The notes: generated by a model not told the origin, from the sequence alone. 45,693 nt of DNA from Candidatus Parcubacteria bacterium (GCA_023140775.1 JAGLLA010000009.1:1-45693); one strand, 5' to 3'; shown: positions 29,550 through 38,170, numbered from the stretch's first letter. Translations and numbers: made by a program.

Positions 29550-29743
29550 GTTGTGAAAGTGGGGCTTATTACCACCAGGCTGAAAAAATCGACGGTTCCA
29601 TAGTCCCGAAGGGCTGTGGAACTGAAATGCAAAACAAGGTAAATAAATTATATAAATATCTTCTGAATAATCGTCATTTTGGAGTACTGACATGCATCAG
29701 CATAAACTCCTCGATTGAATCTTTTTCAGTCACTTATATCTCC

Positions 29744-29772
29744 ATTATACTCTAAAAATCATAGATTGTCAA
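29744..29772 (-). promoter_or_regulatory. Perfect-consensus sigma70 promoter for TrmB paralogues 3 and 2
   Basis: TTGACA-N17-TATAAT on the minus strand. Confidence 0.8.
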
Positions 29773-29866
29773 CAAGAGTTGACAACAAAACAATATAAAA
29801 AAAGGCGTCAAATAAGCAATAATAACAAATATTATGTAATAAAAAAAACATAAACTGGTATAACGA

Positions 29867-29895
29867 TTGACAGAAATAGAAATTTATGATATAGT
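29867..29895 (+). promoter_or_regulatory. Sigma70 promoter for the divergent unit
   Basis: TTGACA-N17-TATAGT with extended -10 TG. Confidence 0.75.
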
Positions 29896-30098
29896 ACTAT
29901 GTTGACGATGAGAAATGAATATGCAAATCGCCAACCTTTGAAAAAATTTCAGAGTTGTACATTGAAAATAAGATATCCAAAAAACTTCAGGGCTGCGAAT
30001 TGTTTGAGAAAACTCTTGATCATTTCGTAGTCTTCAAGAAAATTTCTCCAGAACTAAAAATGCTCTCAAGGCAAAGATTTTGAGAGCGAGGTGAAAAA

Positions 30099-30302
30099 AT
30101 GATTATAATGAATAATGATACAATAACAGTTACTTTTTCAGAAGATATATTCACTAAAGTAATCATTATACTGTCTCTTTTATTGATCGTGGCATGCAAT
30201 TATTTGGTCATGTATGGCATCTTCCCAATAATATCATTTATTATGGCAGTAATAATATTTTTTGTTTTAGTTAGGTTTCTAATTTGGCTTAGCCATCAAT
30301 GA
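30099..30302 (+). CDS. Small two-TM membrane protein
   Basis: SD GAGGTGA; two hydrophobic helices; hairpin plus T-run follows (about 30311-30361). Confidence 0.7.
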   Translation: MIIMNNDTITVTFSEDIFTKVIIILSLLLIVACNYLVMYGIFPIISFIMAVIIFFVLVRFLIWLSHQ

Positions 30303-30573
30303 AGCTCATGACAGGTGTTCTGATTTGCTTATAAAATAATCAAATCAGACCCTGTTTTTTTATTTGGAAAATTTAAGTACGCTAGTCTATGAATAAATAT
30401 TGTATCATTGAAAGATACAAGGATGTGTAAAGATGTATTTAGACTTGCAAATTATTTAAATGCATGTTATAAATTTTAGTGATCACAGGTTTTATGGTAG
30501 AGTTTTTCATTGAGACTATATCGCAAGAACAGTGATTAAATTTATAAATACAGGACTAAAAGGAGGAAGTTCT

Positions 30574-31095
30574 TTGACAACTAAACCAGATATAGAGAAA
30601 AAATTCTTAGTCGACCCCAGCAAGCTTCCTGCAGATTTTGCAGAGTATCTACATTGTAATATAAGGTATGTTTATCTCACGCGACCAGAAGATTCTATTC
30701 AGGTAAGATTGCGCGCACAAATTCATAGAAATAAGGCGCTGTTCCTTTTGGCAACAAAAATTGGATCTGGGATAAAAAGAACGAAAACAGAATGCTTAAT
30801 AAACAGTGAGGCATTTTATAAATTTTACAGAGATAATCAAAATATTTCTCTTGTAAAAGAAAGATTTATGATTGAATATCAGGGTGTTATGATCGAAGTG
30901 GATATTTATGATTACATGCCTGATAAGCCATTTTCAGAAATGAAAATTACTGCTAAAATAGAACTTGGAAGTGAAGATCAGCTCAATGATATGAACTTGC
31001 CAAGTTGGATTAAAAGAGAAGTAACAAACGATATTAGATATAGTAATATTCGTATTGCAGAATTTGGATTCCCTACGGAAGAAGTTGAAACATAA
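30574..31095 (+). CDS. CYTH-domain (triphosphate tunnel) protein, divergent
   Basis: DIEKKFLV, VRLR, LVKERF, IEVDIY, PSWIKREVTNDIRYSN; SD AAAGGAGG before TTG 30574. Confidence 0.85.
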   Translation: MTTKPDIEKKFLVDPSKLPADFAEYLHCNIRYVYLTRPEDSIQVRLRAQIHRNKALFLLATKIGSGIKRTKTECLINSEAFYKFYRDNQNISLVKERFMIEYQGVMIEVDIYDYMPDKPFSEMKITAKIELGSEDQLNDMNLPSWIKREVTNDIRYSNIRIAEFGFPTEEVET

Positions 31096-31340
31096 GAACT
31101 GGAGGTATAGAATATAATTAAGAGCAATATATTTGAGATTCAAAAAAGAAACTCAAATTGAGCTCTGTTTTTTTATATATAATTGTCATCCTAAGTGAAG
31201 TCGAGGTCTTGGATCCGCCTTGGGTGGGGATACTTCTTGATTAAATAGGTAATAAATAATTCCGTGAAATAAAGAGGGATTTCTGTCAAAGGCGAATACA
31301 TCGGAATTGTGATTGTTTTCTAATTCATTGATAAAAACTT

Positions 31341-31516
31341 TGTCATTCTGAATTTAATTCAGAATCTTTATTTTTGTACATTAAAACAAGTTAATAAATC
31401 ACTAACTAAACTATTTATTAAAGTATAATTATATTCTATTTATACAATAGCACTATGAATATAGTATAAATTGAAGCCTAATTTAACAGAGATTCTGAAT
31501 AAATTTCAGGATGACA
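31341..31516. repeat. REP-like inverted pair (27 bp arms, each itself palindromic)
   Basis: TGTCATTCTGAATTTAATTCAGAATCT ... AGATTCTGAATAAATTTCAGGATGACA (24/27 complementary). Confidence 0.8.
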
Positions 31517-31579
31517 GAATTAAAGTGTATTTTGTTGGTAAATTGACAGATATTTGGAGGAATGACAAATGAATAATAT

Positions 31580-33184
31580 CTAATCCTCTGTGATGATCTC
31601 TGTTGTTTCAAATTTTGTCTTAAACAATCTTTTTTGAATTGAATTCCTGAAAACAATAAACTCTTCAATTTTCAAGATCCAGCTCAAGATGCAGTACAGG
31701 ACAAGTCCAACAATTCCAGCAATGAATCCTTGCAGGAAGATGCCAACTCCAGTTGAGGTATTGAGAAATGGTTCGACAAAATATAAAGTTTGATATGACA
31801 AGTAACCAGAGGCAAGCGCAGCTCCTGAAATTTTTAGGAGTGGTTTATAGATTCGATTATGACAGATAAAGTTTGTTTTTTTGTTGATAAAATAATAAAG
31901 CAAGAGGGCATTAATGATAGCGGAAATTGAAAAGGCTCCAATCAGTCCGATCAGTCCATATTGAGCAGATAGATAAAAGGCGAGAGCCACATTTACGATG
32001 ACACTGAAAAGCGAGGTTAGAAATGGAGTTTTGGCATCATGCAGAGCCCAAAAAGCTCGAGAAAACAAAGGAATAACTCCTTGCGCAAAAAGGCTGATTG
32101 AAAAAATAGCGACAGCATCAAGAAGCATGGTTGTTTCGTTCCAACCAATTTCTCCAGTTCCAAAGATTGTACGCACAATTTGAGCGCGTAAAATTAGAAG
32201 TAAGACGCTAACAGGAATAATAAAAAATAGAATCTGTTTAGTGGTAGTGGTGAGATTTCTAGCGAATTCTTTTTTGTTTTCACTGAGAGCCGAAAGTGTT
32301 GGAAATGAGGCCACAGCAAAAGATATTGCAAAAAGTCCCAATGGAAAACTTTGCAAGTTGTTGGCAAAGTTGAAAGCGCTTAAACTTCCTTCTTGTAGAG
32401 TTGAAGCGATGATGGTAATCACAATTAAATTCAGTTGAACTGTGATGAGAGTTAAGGTTCGCGGAATCATCATTTTGATTATTTTTCTGGCACCACTGTC
32501 TTTGAAGTCTAAGATAAATTGATAGCTAAATCCGAGTTTTTTGACAATTGGAACTTGGACTGCAAAATGAAAAAATGATCCCAAGACAACTCCCCAGGCC
32601 AGTCCATGAATTCCCCAAATTGGCGCAAAATAAAGAGCTCCAATGATAATCCCAATGTTGTACATGATAGGGGAGAGAGAATAGACAAAGAATCTGTGAT
32701 ACGATTGAAGAATTCCTCCAGTAATACTGCTTAAAAGGAGAAAAACAGGACTGAGAAACATAATACGTGTCAATTCGATGGTCAGGTCTTTTTTCTCAGG
32801 CGAAAAGCCAGGGGTTAGAAGAGAGACGATTGTTGGCGAAAATATAATTCCCAAAAGACACAAAAAAAGCAATGTGACCATCACCAAATTCAAGACAGCA
32901 TTAGCGGTTTTGAAAGCTTCCTTTTCCTTTTTTTGTGAGACTAGTTTGGCAAAGACTGGTATAAATCCCGCAGAAATTGCGCCAAGTACAACAATGTTGA
33001 AAATCAGATCTGGAACTCGAAATGAGGCAAAATAGATATCAAGTTCATTTCCAAGTCCGAATGTTCCTGCTAAGATTCGATCTCGGTATAAACCGAGAAA
33101 TTTACTGGCAAGCGAGGCAATTGCCAATATAAGGGCAGCAGATGTAATTGAGCTTATTTTTCCGTTTATCAGTCTTTTTATCAT
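31580..33184 (-). CDS. murJ: Lipid II flippase MurJ (MviN)
   Basis: SKFLGLYRDRILA..FG, FRVPDL, GAISAGFIPVF, RIMF, P..YN; 14-TM pattern. Confidence 0.96.
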   Translation of the reverse strand: MIKRLINGKISSITSAALILAIASLASKFLGLYRDRILAGTFGLGNELDIYFASFRVPDLIFNIVVLGAISAGFIPVFAKLVSQKKEKEAFKTANAVLNLVMVTLLFLCLLGIIFSPTIVSLLTPGFSPEKKDLTIELTRIMFLSPVFLLLSSITGGILQSYHRFFVYSLSPIMYNIGIIIGALYFAPIWGIHGLAWGVVLGSFFHFAVQVPIVKKLGFSYQFILDFKDSGARKIIKMMIPRTLTLITVQLNLIVITIIASTLQEGSLSAFNFANNLQSFPLGLFAISFAVASFPTLSALSENKKEFARNLTTTTKQILFFIIPVSVLLLILRAQIVRTIFGTGEIGWNETTMLLDAVAIFSISLFAQGVIPLFSRAFWALHDAKTPFLTSLFSVIVNVALAFYLSAQYGLIGLIGAFSISAIINALLLYYFINKKTNFICHNRIYKPLLKISGAALASGYLSYQTLYFVEPFLNTSTGVGIFLQGFIAGIVGLVLYCILSWILKIEEFIVFRNSIQKRLFKTKFETTEIITED

Positions 33185-33213
33185 TGAGGAGTTTTGTTAG
33201 TTGTTACATATCT

Positions 33214-33242
33214 ATTCTATCGTATATTATGAAAATAGACAA
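33214..33242 (-). promoter_or_regulatory. Sigma70-type promoter for murJ
   Basis: TTGTCT-N17-TAGAAT. Confidence 0.55.
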
Positions 33243-33380
33243 AGAATCGAAATAAATTTTATTTTCCAACATTAAATTGCTGATTTATTTACATTATTTC
33301 TGGAATTGAGCTATTTTAATATAGATCCAGAAATGATATAATGAGATTAACTTTAAACTGTATTTAATCATAAATATCAT

Positions 33381-33950
33381 ATGAAATTTATAAAAAAAAC
33401 GACTTGGAAGGAAGTATTTCAAAATTGGAAAATTGCTGAAGCTGATAATCCACAGTGGATCCATTGTGCGACAAAGATCAAGGGGTGGTCTGATTGGGAA
33501 TCTTGGAGAAAACATACTGCCACGCAATTAAATTTGCAAAATAGAAATTGGAAAATTTATGAATTTGATGATCCGATTAATGAAATTCCGCAAATGTTAA
33601 TCGGACCCTTTTCGGGTTGGCAATCTCGAGTTTTGAAAAAAAATCTTTCTTCTTTTTTTGATTTGATTAGCACGCCAAAAGAATATAAGAATTTTAAAAA
33701 TAATAATAAAATAATTTCAATATTAAAAAACCAATCATTTGGTGCAGATTTGATTGGTATTTTTCGCGAAGATATGAATCGAATTGTTTGCATCGAAGGA
33801 CATCACAGAGCAATCGCACTTGCAATCGCCAAAAAAGAGGGGATGAAATTAAAGTTTGAGAAGCCAGTTCGAATTGCATTTGCAAAATTACCAAAAGACG
33901 AAGTTTTCTTAATTGATAAAACATTGAAAAGAGGGTCTTCAAAAAAATAA
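33381..33950 (+). CDS. Hypothetical protein, possible ParB/sulfiredoxin-like fold
   Basis: 189 aa ORF; IVCIEGHHRAIAL resembles the (D/E)GHHR motif. Confidence 0.65.
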   Translation: MKFIKKTTWKEVFQNWKIAEADNPQWIHCATKIKGWSDWESWRKHTATQLNLQNRNWKIYEFDDPINEIPQMLIGPFSGWQSRVLKKNLSSFFDLISTPKEYKNFKNNNKIISILKNQSFGADLIGIFREDMNRIVCIEGHHRAIALAIAKKEGMKLKFEKPVRIAFAKLPKDEVFLIDKTLKRGSSKK

Positions 33951-34110
33951 AGATGAACATTTATCTTTGTTTTGCCAATTTAGCTAAAAATTTTTGAAAA
34001 AATATATTGAATTGATAAAACATCTCGATATTTATATCGGCTTGAGTTATCAAAATGATTATTTTTAAATAACTTGTTGGCTTGCTATAAGGTGATTTAT
34101 TAGAAAAAAT

Positions 34111-34180
34111 TTGTGTCCCCGGCAGGTATCCGTAAGCCTCCTCCCGAGGCGGACACAGCGTCGCATGAAGGGGAACCTAC
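34111..34180 (-). pseudogene. Degenerate copy of the tRNA-Arg 3' end with a 42 bp insertion in the T loop
   Basis: TTGTGTCCCCGGCAGGTATC-[42 nt]-GAACCTAC versus TTGTGTCCTCGGCAGGAATCGAACCTAC in the tRNA. Confidence 0.7.
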
Positions 34181-34218
34181 TTTTAATGCTGAAGGCCTTA
34201 TTATTAGATAATGTTTTG

Positions 34219-34290
34219 TGTCCTCGGCAGGAATCGAACCTACATCTAGAGCTTAGGAGGCTCTTGTTCTATCCGTTGAACTACGAGGAC
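34219..34290 (-). tRNA. tRNA-Arg(CCT), CCA not encoded
   Basis: GTCCTCG/CGAGGAC-A; AGAGC-CTCCTAA-GCTCT; GGTTCGATTCC; upstream TTGACT-N16-TATATT promoter. Confidence 0.96.
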
Positions 34291-34425
34291 AAGATATGTG
34301 CTACTATATAAATATAACAGGATTTTAGCTGTAGTCAATTGTTTATTTGGGAGAATTTTCAATATGGTATATTTATAACTCAGGCTTTGCATTTACAGTC
34401 TTTTATTATATGTTAGACTATATTC

Positions 34426-35907
34426 ATGAAGATTCCACAGGAGATACAATCAATTCTCGAAAAGATCCAAAAAGAAGGCTTTGAAGCTTATATTGTCGGC
34501 GGAAGCGTGCGAGATTTTTTGCTTGAAAAAAAACCAAAAGATTGGGATATCACCACTAATGCAAAACCTGAGGAAATTCAAAAGATCTTTACAAAAAGTT
34601 TTTATAACAATACTTTTGGAACTGTCACAGTAATAAACAAAGATGCAGATGATAAAAGTTTGAAGAATATTGAAATCACAACTTATAGAATTGATACAGG
34701 ATACAGCGATCGGAGGCATCCAGATGAAGTTAAATTCACTCCAAATCTGAAAGAAGATTTGGCTCGCCGCGATTTTACGATCAACGCTATGGCTTTACAA
34801 GTTAAAAATGAAAAGCAAAAAGCTAAAAGTAGTGAAATGTTAAAAGTGAAAAATTATGAAATTGTTGATTTATTTGGTGGGCAGGAAGATTTGAAAAAAA
34901 AGTTGATCAAGGCGGTGGGCGAGGCGGAAAAAAGATTTTCAGAGGATGCTCTCAGAATGCTTCGAGCAGTTCGATTTTCAGCTCAACTTGGCTTTGAGAT
35001 CGAAAAGAAAACTTTTCAGGCTATGCAGAAAAATAGTGAATTATTGAAATTTGTATCGCAGGAAAGAATTCGTGATGAATTTCAAAGAATAATTCTCTCA
35101 GACAGAGCTTATGAAGGAGTTGAACTTCTACGCACTTCAGGACTTCTGAGTTATATTATTCCTGAACTTGAACAGGGGATTGGAGTGGCACAAAACAAAC
35201 ATCATATTTATACAATATATGAACATTGCGCGCTTTCTTTGAGGTATTGTCCCAGTAAAAAACTAGAGGTTCGTCTGGCATCTCTTTTTCATGATATCGC
35301 CAAACCTCAGACAAAGGCAGGAACAGGTCCTGACAGTACATTTTACAATCACGATTATGTCGGCGCTAAATTTGCCAGAAAAATTTTATCGCGTCTTAAG
35401 TTTTCAAACAAGGTTGTCGACAAAGTTGCTCTGCTCGTCAAAAATCATATGTTCTACTATAATGTTGATGAAGTTTCAGAGGCTGGAATAAGAAGATTGA
35501 TCAAAAGAGTTGGAAAAGATAATTTGAAAGATCTGATGGATTTGCGAATTGCTGATCGACTAGGTAGCGGTGTGCCAAAAGCAAAGCCATACAAACTTCG
35601 TCATCTGGAATATTTGATCGAAAAAGTAAGCAGAGATCCAATTTCTGCCAAGATGCTCATGATCAACGGACAGGACATCATGAAAATTCTCAAGGCAAAG
35701 CCTGGACCAAAAATCGGAGCTATTCTCAAAGTTCTTCTTTCAGAAATAATCGAAAATCCTAAAAACAATACAAAAGAATATCTGGATAAAAGAACAAAAG
35801 AACTATACGAACTTTCACCCGAGGAGATAAGAAATAGTGAAAAGATCATTGAGGAAAAAAAAGAAGAAGAGGATATGGAAGATAAAAAGAAATTTTGGGT
35901 GAAATAA
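34426..35907 (+). CDS. cca: CCA-adding tRNA nucleotidyltransferase (class II) with HD domain
   Basis: VGGSVRD, DWDITT, EITTYR, DLARRDFTINAMA, RFSEDALRMLRAVRF, LFHDIAK. Confidence 0.93.
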   Translation: MKIPQEIQSILEKIQKEGFEAYIVGGSVRDFLLEKKPKDWDITTNAKPEEIQKIFTKSFYNNTFGTVTVINKDADDKSLKNIEITTYRIDTGYSDRRHPDEVKFTPNLKEDLARRDFTINAMALQVKNEKQKAKSSEMLKVKNYEIVDLFGGQEDLKKKLIKAVGEAEKRFSEDALRMLRAVRFSAQLGFEIEKKTFQAMQKNSELLKFVSQERIRDEFQRIILSDRAYEGVELLRTSGLLSYIIPELEQGIGVAQNKHHIYTIYEHCALSLRYCPSKKLEVRLASLFHDIAKPQTKAGTGPDSTFYNHDYVGAKFARKILSRLKFSNKVVDKVALLVKNHMFYYNVDEVSEAGIRRLIKRVGKDNLKDLMDLRIADRLGSGVPKAKPYKLRHLEYLIEKVSRDPISAKMLMINGQDIMKILKAKPGPKIGAILKVLLSEIIENPKNNTKEYLDKRTKELYELSPEEIRNSEKIIEEKKEEEDMEDKKKFWVK

Positions 35908-35918
35908 ATTTAAATTAC

Positions 35919-35950
35919 AAAAAAGGACTAGTATTGAGATAGTCTTTTTT
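35919..35950. terminator. Bidirectional terminator
   Basis: AAAAAAGGACT..AGTCTTTTTT between convergent genes. Confidence 0.65.
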
Positions 35951-35983
35951 TGTTTGTTAAAATAAATTATATTAAGATTTTCA

Positions 35984-36541
35984 TCAAGACGCGAGTTTCT
36001 CAATTTGAGCAATGTTTTCAAGCAATTTAGCATGATCTTTTTCGATCTCAGCAAGTCCAGAAAAGATATCTTTGACTCTTTGTTCAGTTGCTTTATGGAA
36101 TGAATCTAGATAAAATTTTGTAGCCTCCCTTTCAATTTTAGTAGCCATTTCGATATTTTCACGATCTAGTCGGAAACAAATATTTTCCATGCTAGAATTT
36201 GGTCTTTGAATTTTTAAGGCCCTTGAAATCAACAAAACATGCTCTGTTTCAACTCTCAAGAAACCTTTGAATGTTGCTTGAATTTTTACATTATGCGTGT
36301 GAGATATTGAACATTTATAAAAACGCACACTCTCTTGTTCTAATTTGAGAGCTTTTATTAGATTCTTTCTTGATCTCTCTGAAAAAATTTCTTTATGATT
36401 TGATTGCTTCCAATCTTTGGCAAGTATTATATGATGATCATGCGCACCACAAAATGGACAAGTAGATGATTTGTGTTCGGCAAAAATAATCTCCTCGCAA
36501 AGTATACATTTGAAAACATTTAAATGATATGTTTCTAACAT
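35984..36541 (-). CDS. Rubredoxin-like + ferritin-like (reverse rubrerythrin type) protein
   Basis: CILC..CPFCGA followed by two E..Y..ExxH repeats (ETEH, EKDH); start uncertain (36541 or 36580). Confidence 0.85.
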   Translation of the reverse strand: MLETYHLNVFKCILCEEIIFAEHKSSTCPFCGAHDHHIILAKDWKQSNHKEIFSERSRKNLIKALKLEQESVRFYKCSISHTHNVKIQATFKGFLRVETEHVLLISRALKIQRPNSSMENICFRLDRENIEMATKIEREATKFYLDSFHKATEQRVKDIFSGLAEIEKDHAKLLENIAQIEKLAS

Positions 36542-36642
36542 TTCTATTTTTGAAAATAATAATATATGAATGATAGTCATAGAATGGCCTTTTTGTCCTT
36601 CGAGAAAAAGGTATAAATACGATCTAAGGTCGAGTAGAATTT

Positions 36643-37287
36643 CTATTTATCAAAACTAAAAGCAGAAGGGCAGTCTTTTTTTAGTATGCAAGCGCTACAT
36701 TTTGGATTGCGAGCACTACAAATTGCGCGACCGTGAGAGATCAAAAGGTTAGACAGTCTTCTCCATTCATTTTGAGCGGTATGATCCATTAGATCTCTTT
36801 CTATTTTATCGGGGTTTGAATTTTGAGACAAACTAAGTCTTTGTGAAAGTCGTCGAACATGAGTATCGACTGCAATGCCTTCGTTTTTTCCAAAAGCTTC
36901 TGAAAGGATGACATTCGCAGTTTTTCTGGCTACTCCCGGAAGAAGGATTAACTTTTCCATCTTATCTGGTATTCGAGAATGAAACTTCTCAACGATCATT
37001 TTTGAAGCGGCAATGATATTTTTTGATTTATTTCTGAAAAAACCAGTAGTCCTGATGCTTTTTTCAAATTCACCGGGGCTGACTTTTGCATAATCACTAA
37101 CTTTTTTATATTTTTTGAATAGATCTTTTGTGACCTCGTTTACTCTTTTGTCGGTACATTGCGCAGAAAGAATCGTGGCCACGAGAAGCTGATGATTTGT
37201 CTTATAATGCAATGCTGTTTTGGGATTCTTGTATTTAGTGTTTAAAAGGTTTATGATTTTTTTTATTCTTTTTTTATTTTCTGACAT
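36643..37287 (-). CDS. nth: Endonuclease III
   Basis: LVATILSAQCTDKRVN, LPGVARKTANV, AVDTHV, C-x6-C-x2-C-x5-C. Confidence 0.97.
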   Translation of the reverse strand: MSENKKRIKKIINLLNTKYKNPKTALHYKTNHQLLVATILSAQCTDKRVNEVTKDLFKKYKKVSDYAKVSPGEFEKSIRTTGFFRNKSKNIIAASKMIVEKFHSRIPDKMEKLILLPGVARKTANVILSEAFGKNEGIAVDTHVRRLSQRLSLSQNSNPDKIERDLMDHTAQNEWRRLSNLLISHGRAICSARNPKCSACILKKDCPSAFSFDK

Positions 37288-37363
37288 ATATTTAATTTAT
37301 TGTTTATTAAATTGCCATGTTGATTTGATAAAAAATTCTTGTTTGTGTTGAATGAAAATGTGA

Positions 37364-37437
37364 TGGTGGACTCACCAGGAATTGAACCAAGAACTCGGCA
37401 ATACAATTGCCGTGTAATGCCATTTTACTATGAGCCC
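37364..37437 (-). tRNA. tRNA-like gene: Ala-type body (G3:U70, A73, A32-U38) with TGT (Thr) anticodon; functional or pseudo
   Basis: GGGCTCA TA GTAA AATGGCA TTAC A CGGCA ATTGTAT TGCCG AGTT CTTGG TTCAATT CCTGG TGAGTCC A CCA. Confidence 0.8.
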
Positions 37438-37582
37438 GAAATTTCTGTGTCATTTCATAAATTCGCCGGCTGGCGACGAAGATCGATCTACAAGCCTTAC
37501 TGATTGCACTTTTAACACTTTTAGATTTCTTAAATATTTTAGTCTGTCGTATGGCAACATAGATATTATTTTTATATAGAAG

Positions 37583-38170
37583 TTATACAACTAATGACAT
37601 AAAATAAGGAGTTATATATGCCTCAATTAGAGCCGCGAAGAATAAAAGGGGAATGAGGACAAATATATAAAATCTTAAAGCCTTGGTGAATTCCACAAGA
37701 AGATCCCCTTTTTTCCCAAATAATTTCCAAACTGTAATCTTTCCAATTTTTAGGCTTACTGCGGTAGCTAAAACGAGAACAGGAATTTCAATGATACCGT
37801 GAGGAGCAATACCAAGAATAAAAAATTCCCATGAGATCATACTAGACGAAACTTGAGCAAAAATACCGAGAACAAATCCATTTACAAGTATAAAGAACAA
37901 TGCAAAAAGTCCTGCAAAAAGTCCCAAGGGTAATAAGAGAAGTATCTTACTTGCATTATTCTCAAAGATAAACAAGAATATTCGATATGACGTCGTATTT
38001 TCTTCAATTGGAAAATAGGATTCAATATTTCTCAAAAATTTTGCTATCTCCTCAGGATTATTTTGAGCGAATACAAATCCAAAAACAATTGAAATCAAGA
38101 AAAGATAAGCAGAAAATACAATATAAGGCTTGATGCCGATTATATATTTTCTAATTTCTTTGATGTTCAT
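37583..38170 (-). CDS. SpoIIM-like (DUF95) integral membrane protein
   Basis: IFENN, VNGFVLG, PHGIIEIP, AALIEAYITP. Confidence 0.9.
   Translation of the reverse strand: MNIKEIRKYIIGIKPYIVFSAYLFLISIVFGFVFAQNNPEEIAKFLRNIESYFPIEENTTSYRIFLFIFENNASKILLLLPLGLFAGLFALFFILVNGFVLGIFAQVSSSMISWEFFILGIAPHGIIEIPVLVLATAVSLKIGKITVWKLFGKKGDLLVEFTKALRFYIFVLIPLLFFAALIEAYITPYFMSLVV

Noticed and set aside
29474..29632. N-terminal extension of TrmB paralogue 3
   Set aside because: It runs through palindromic repeats; the paralogues begin at the equivalent of 29473.
34111..34311. 66 aa plus-strand ORF
   Set aside because: Antisense to tRNA-Arg and its partial copy.
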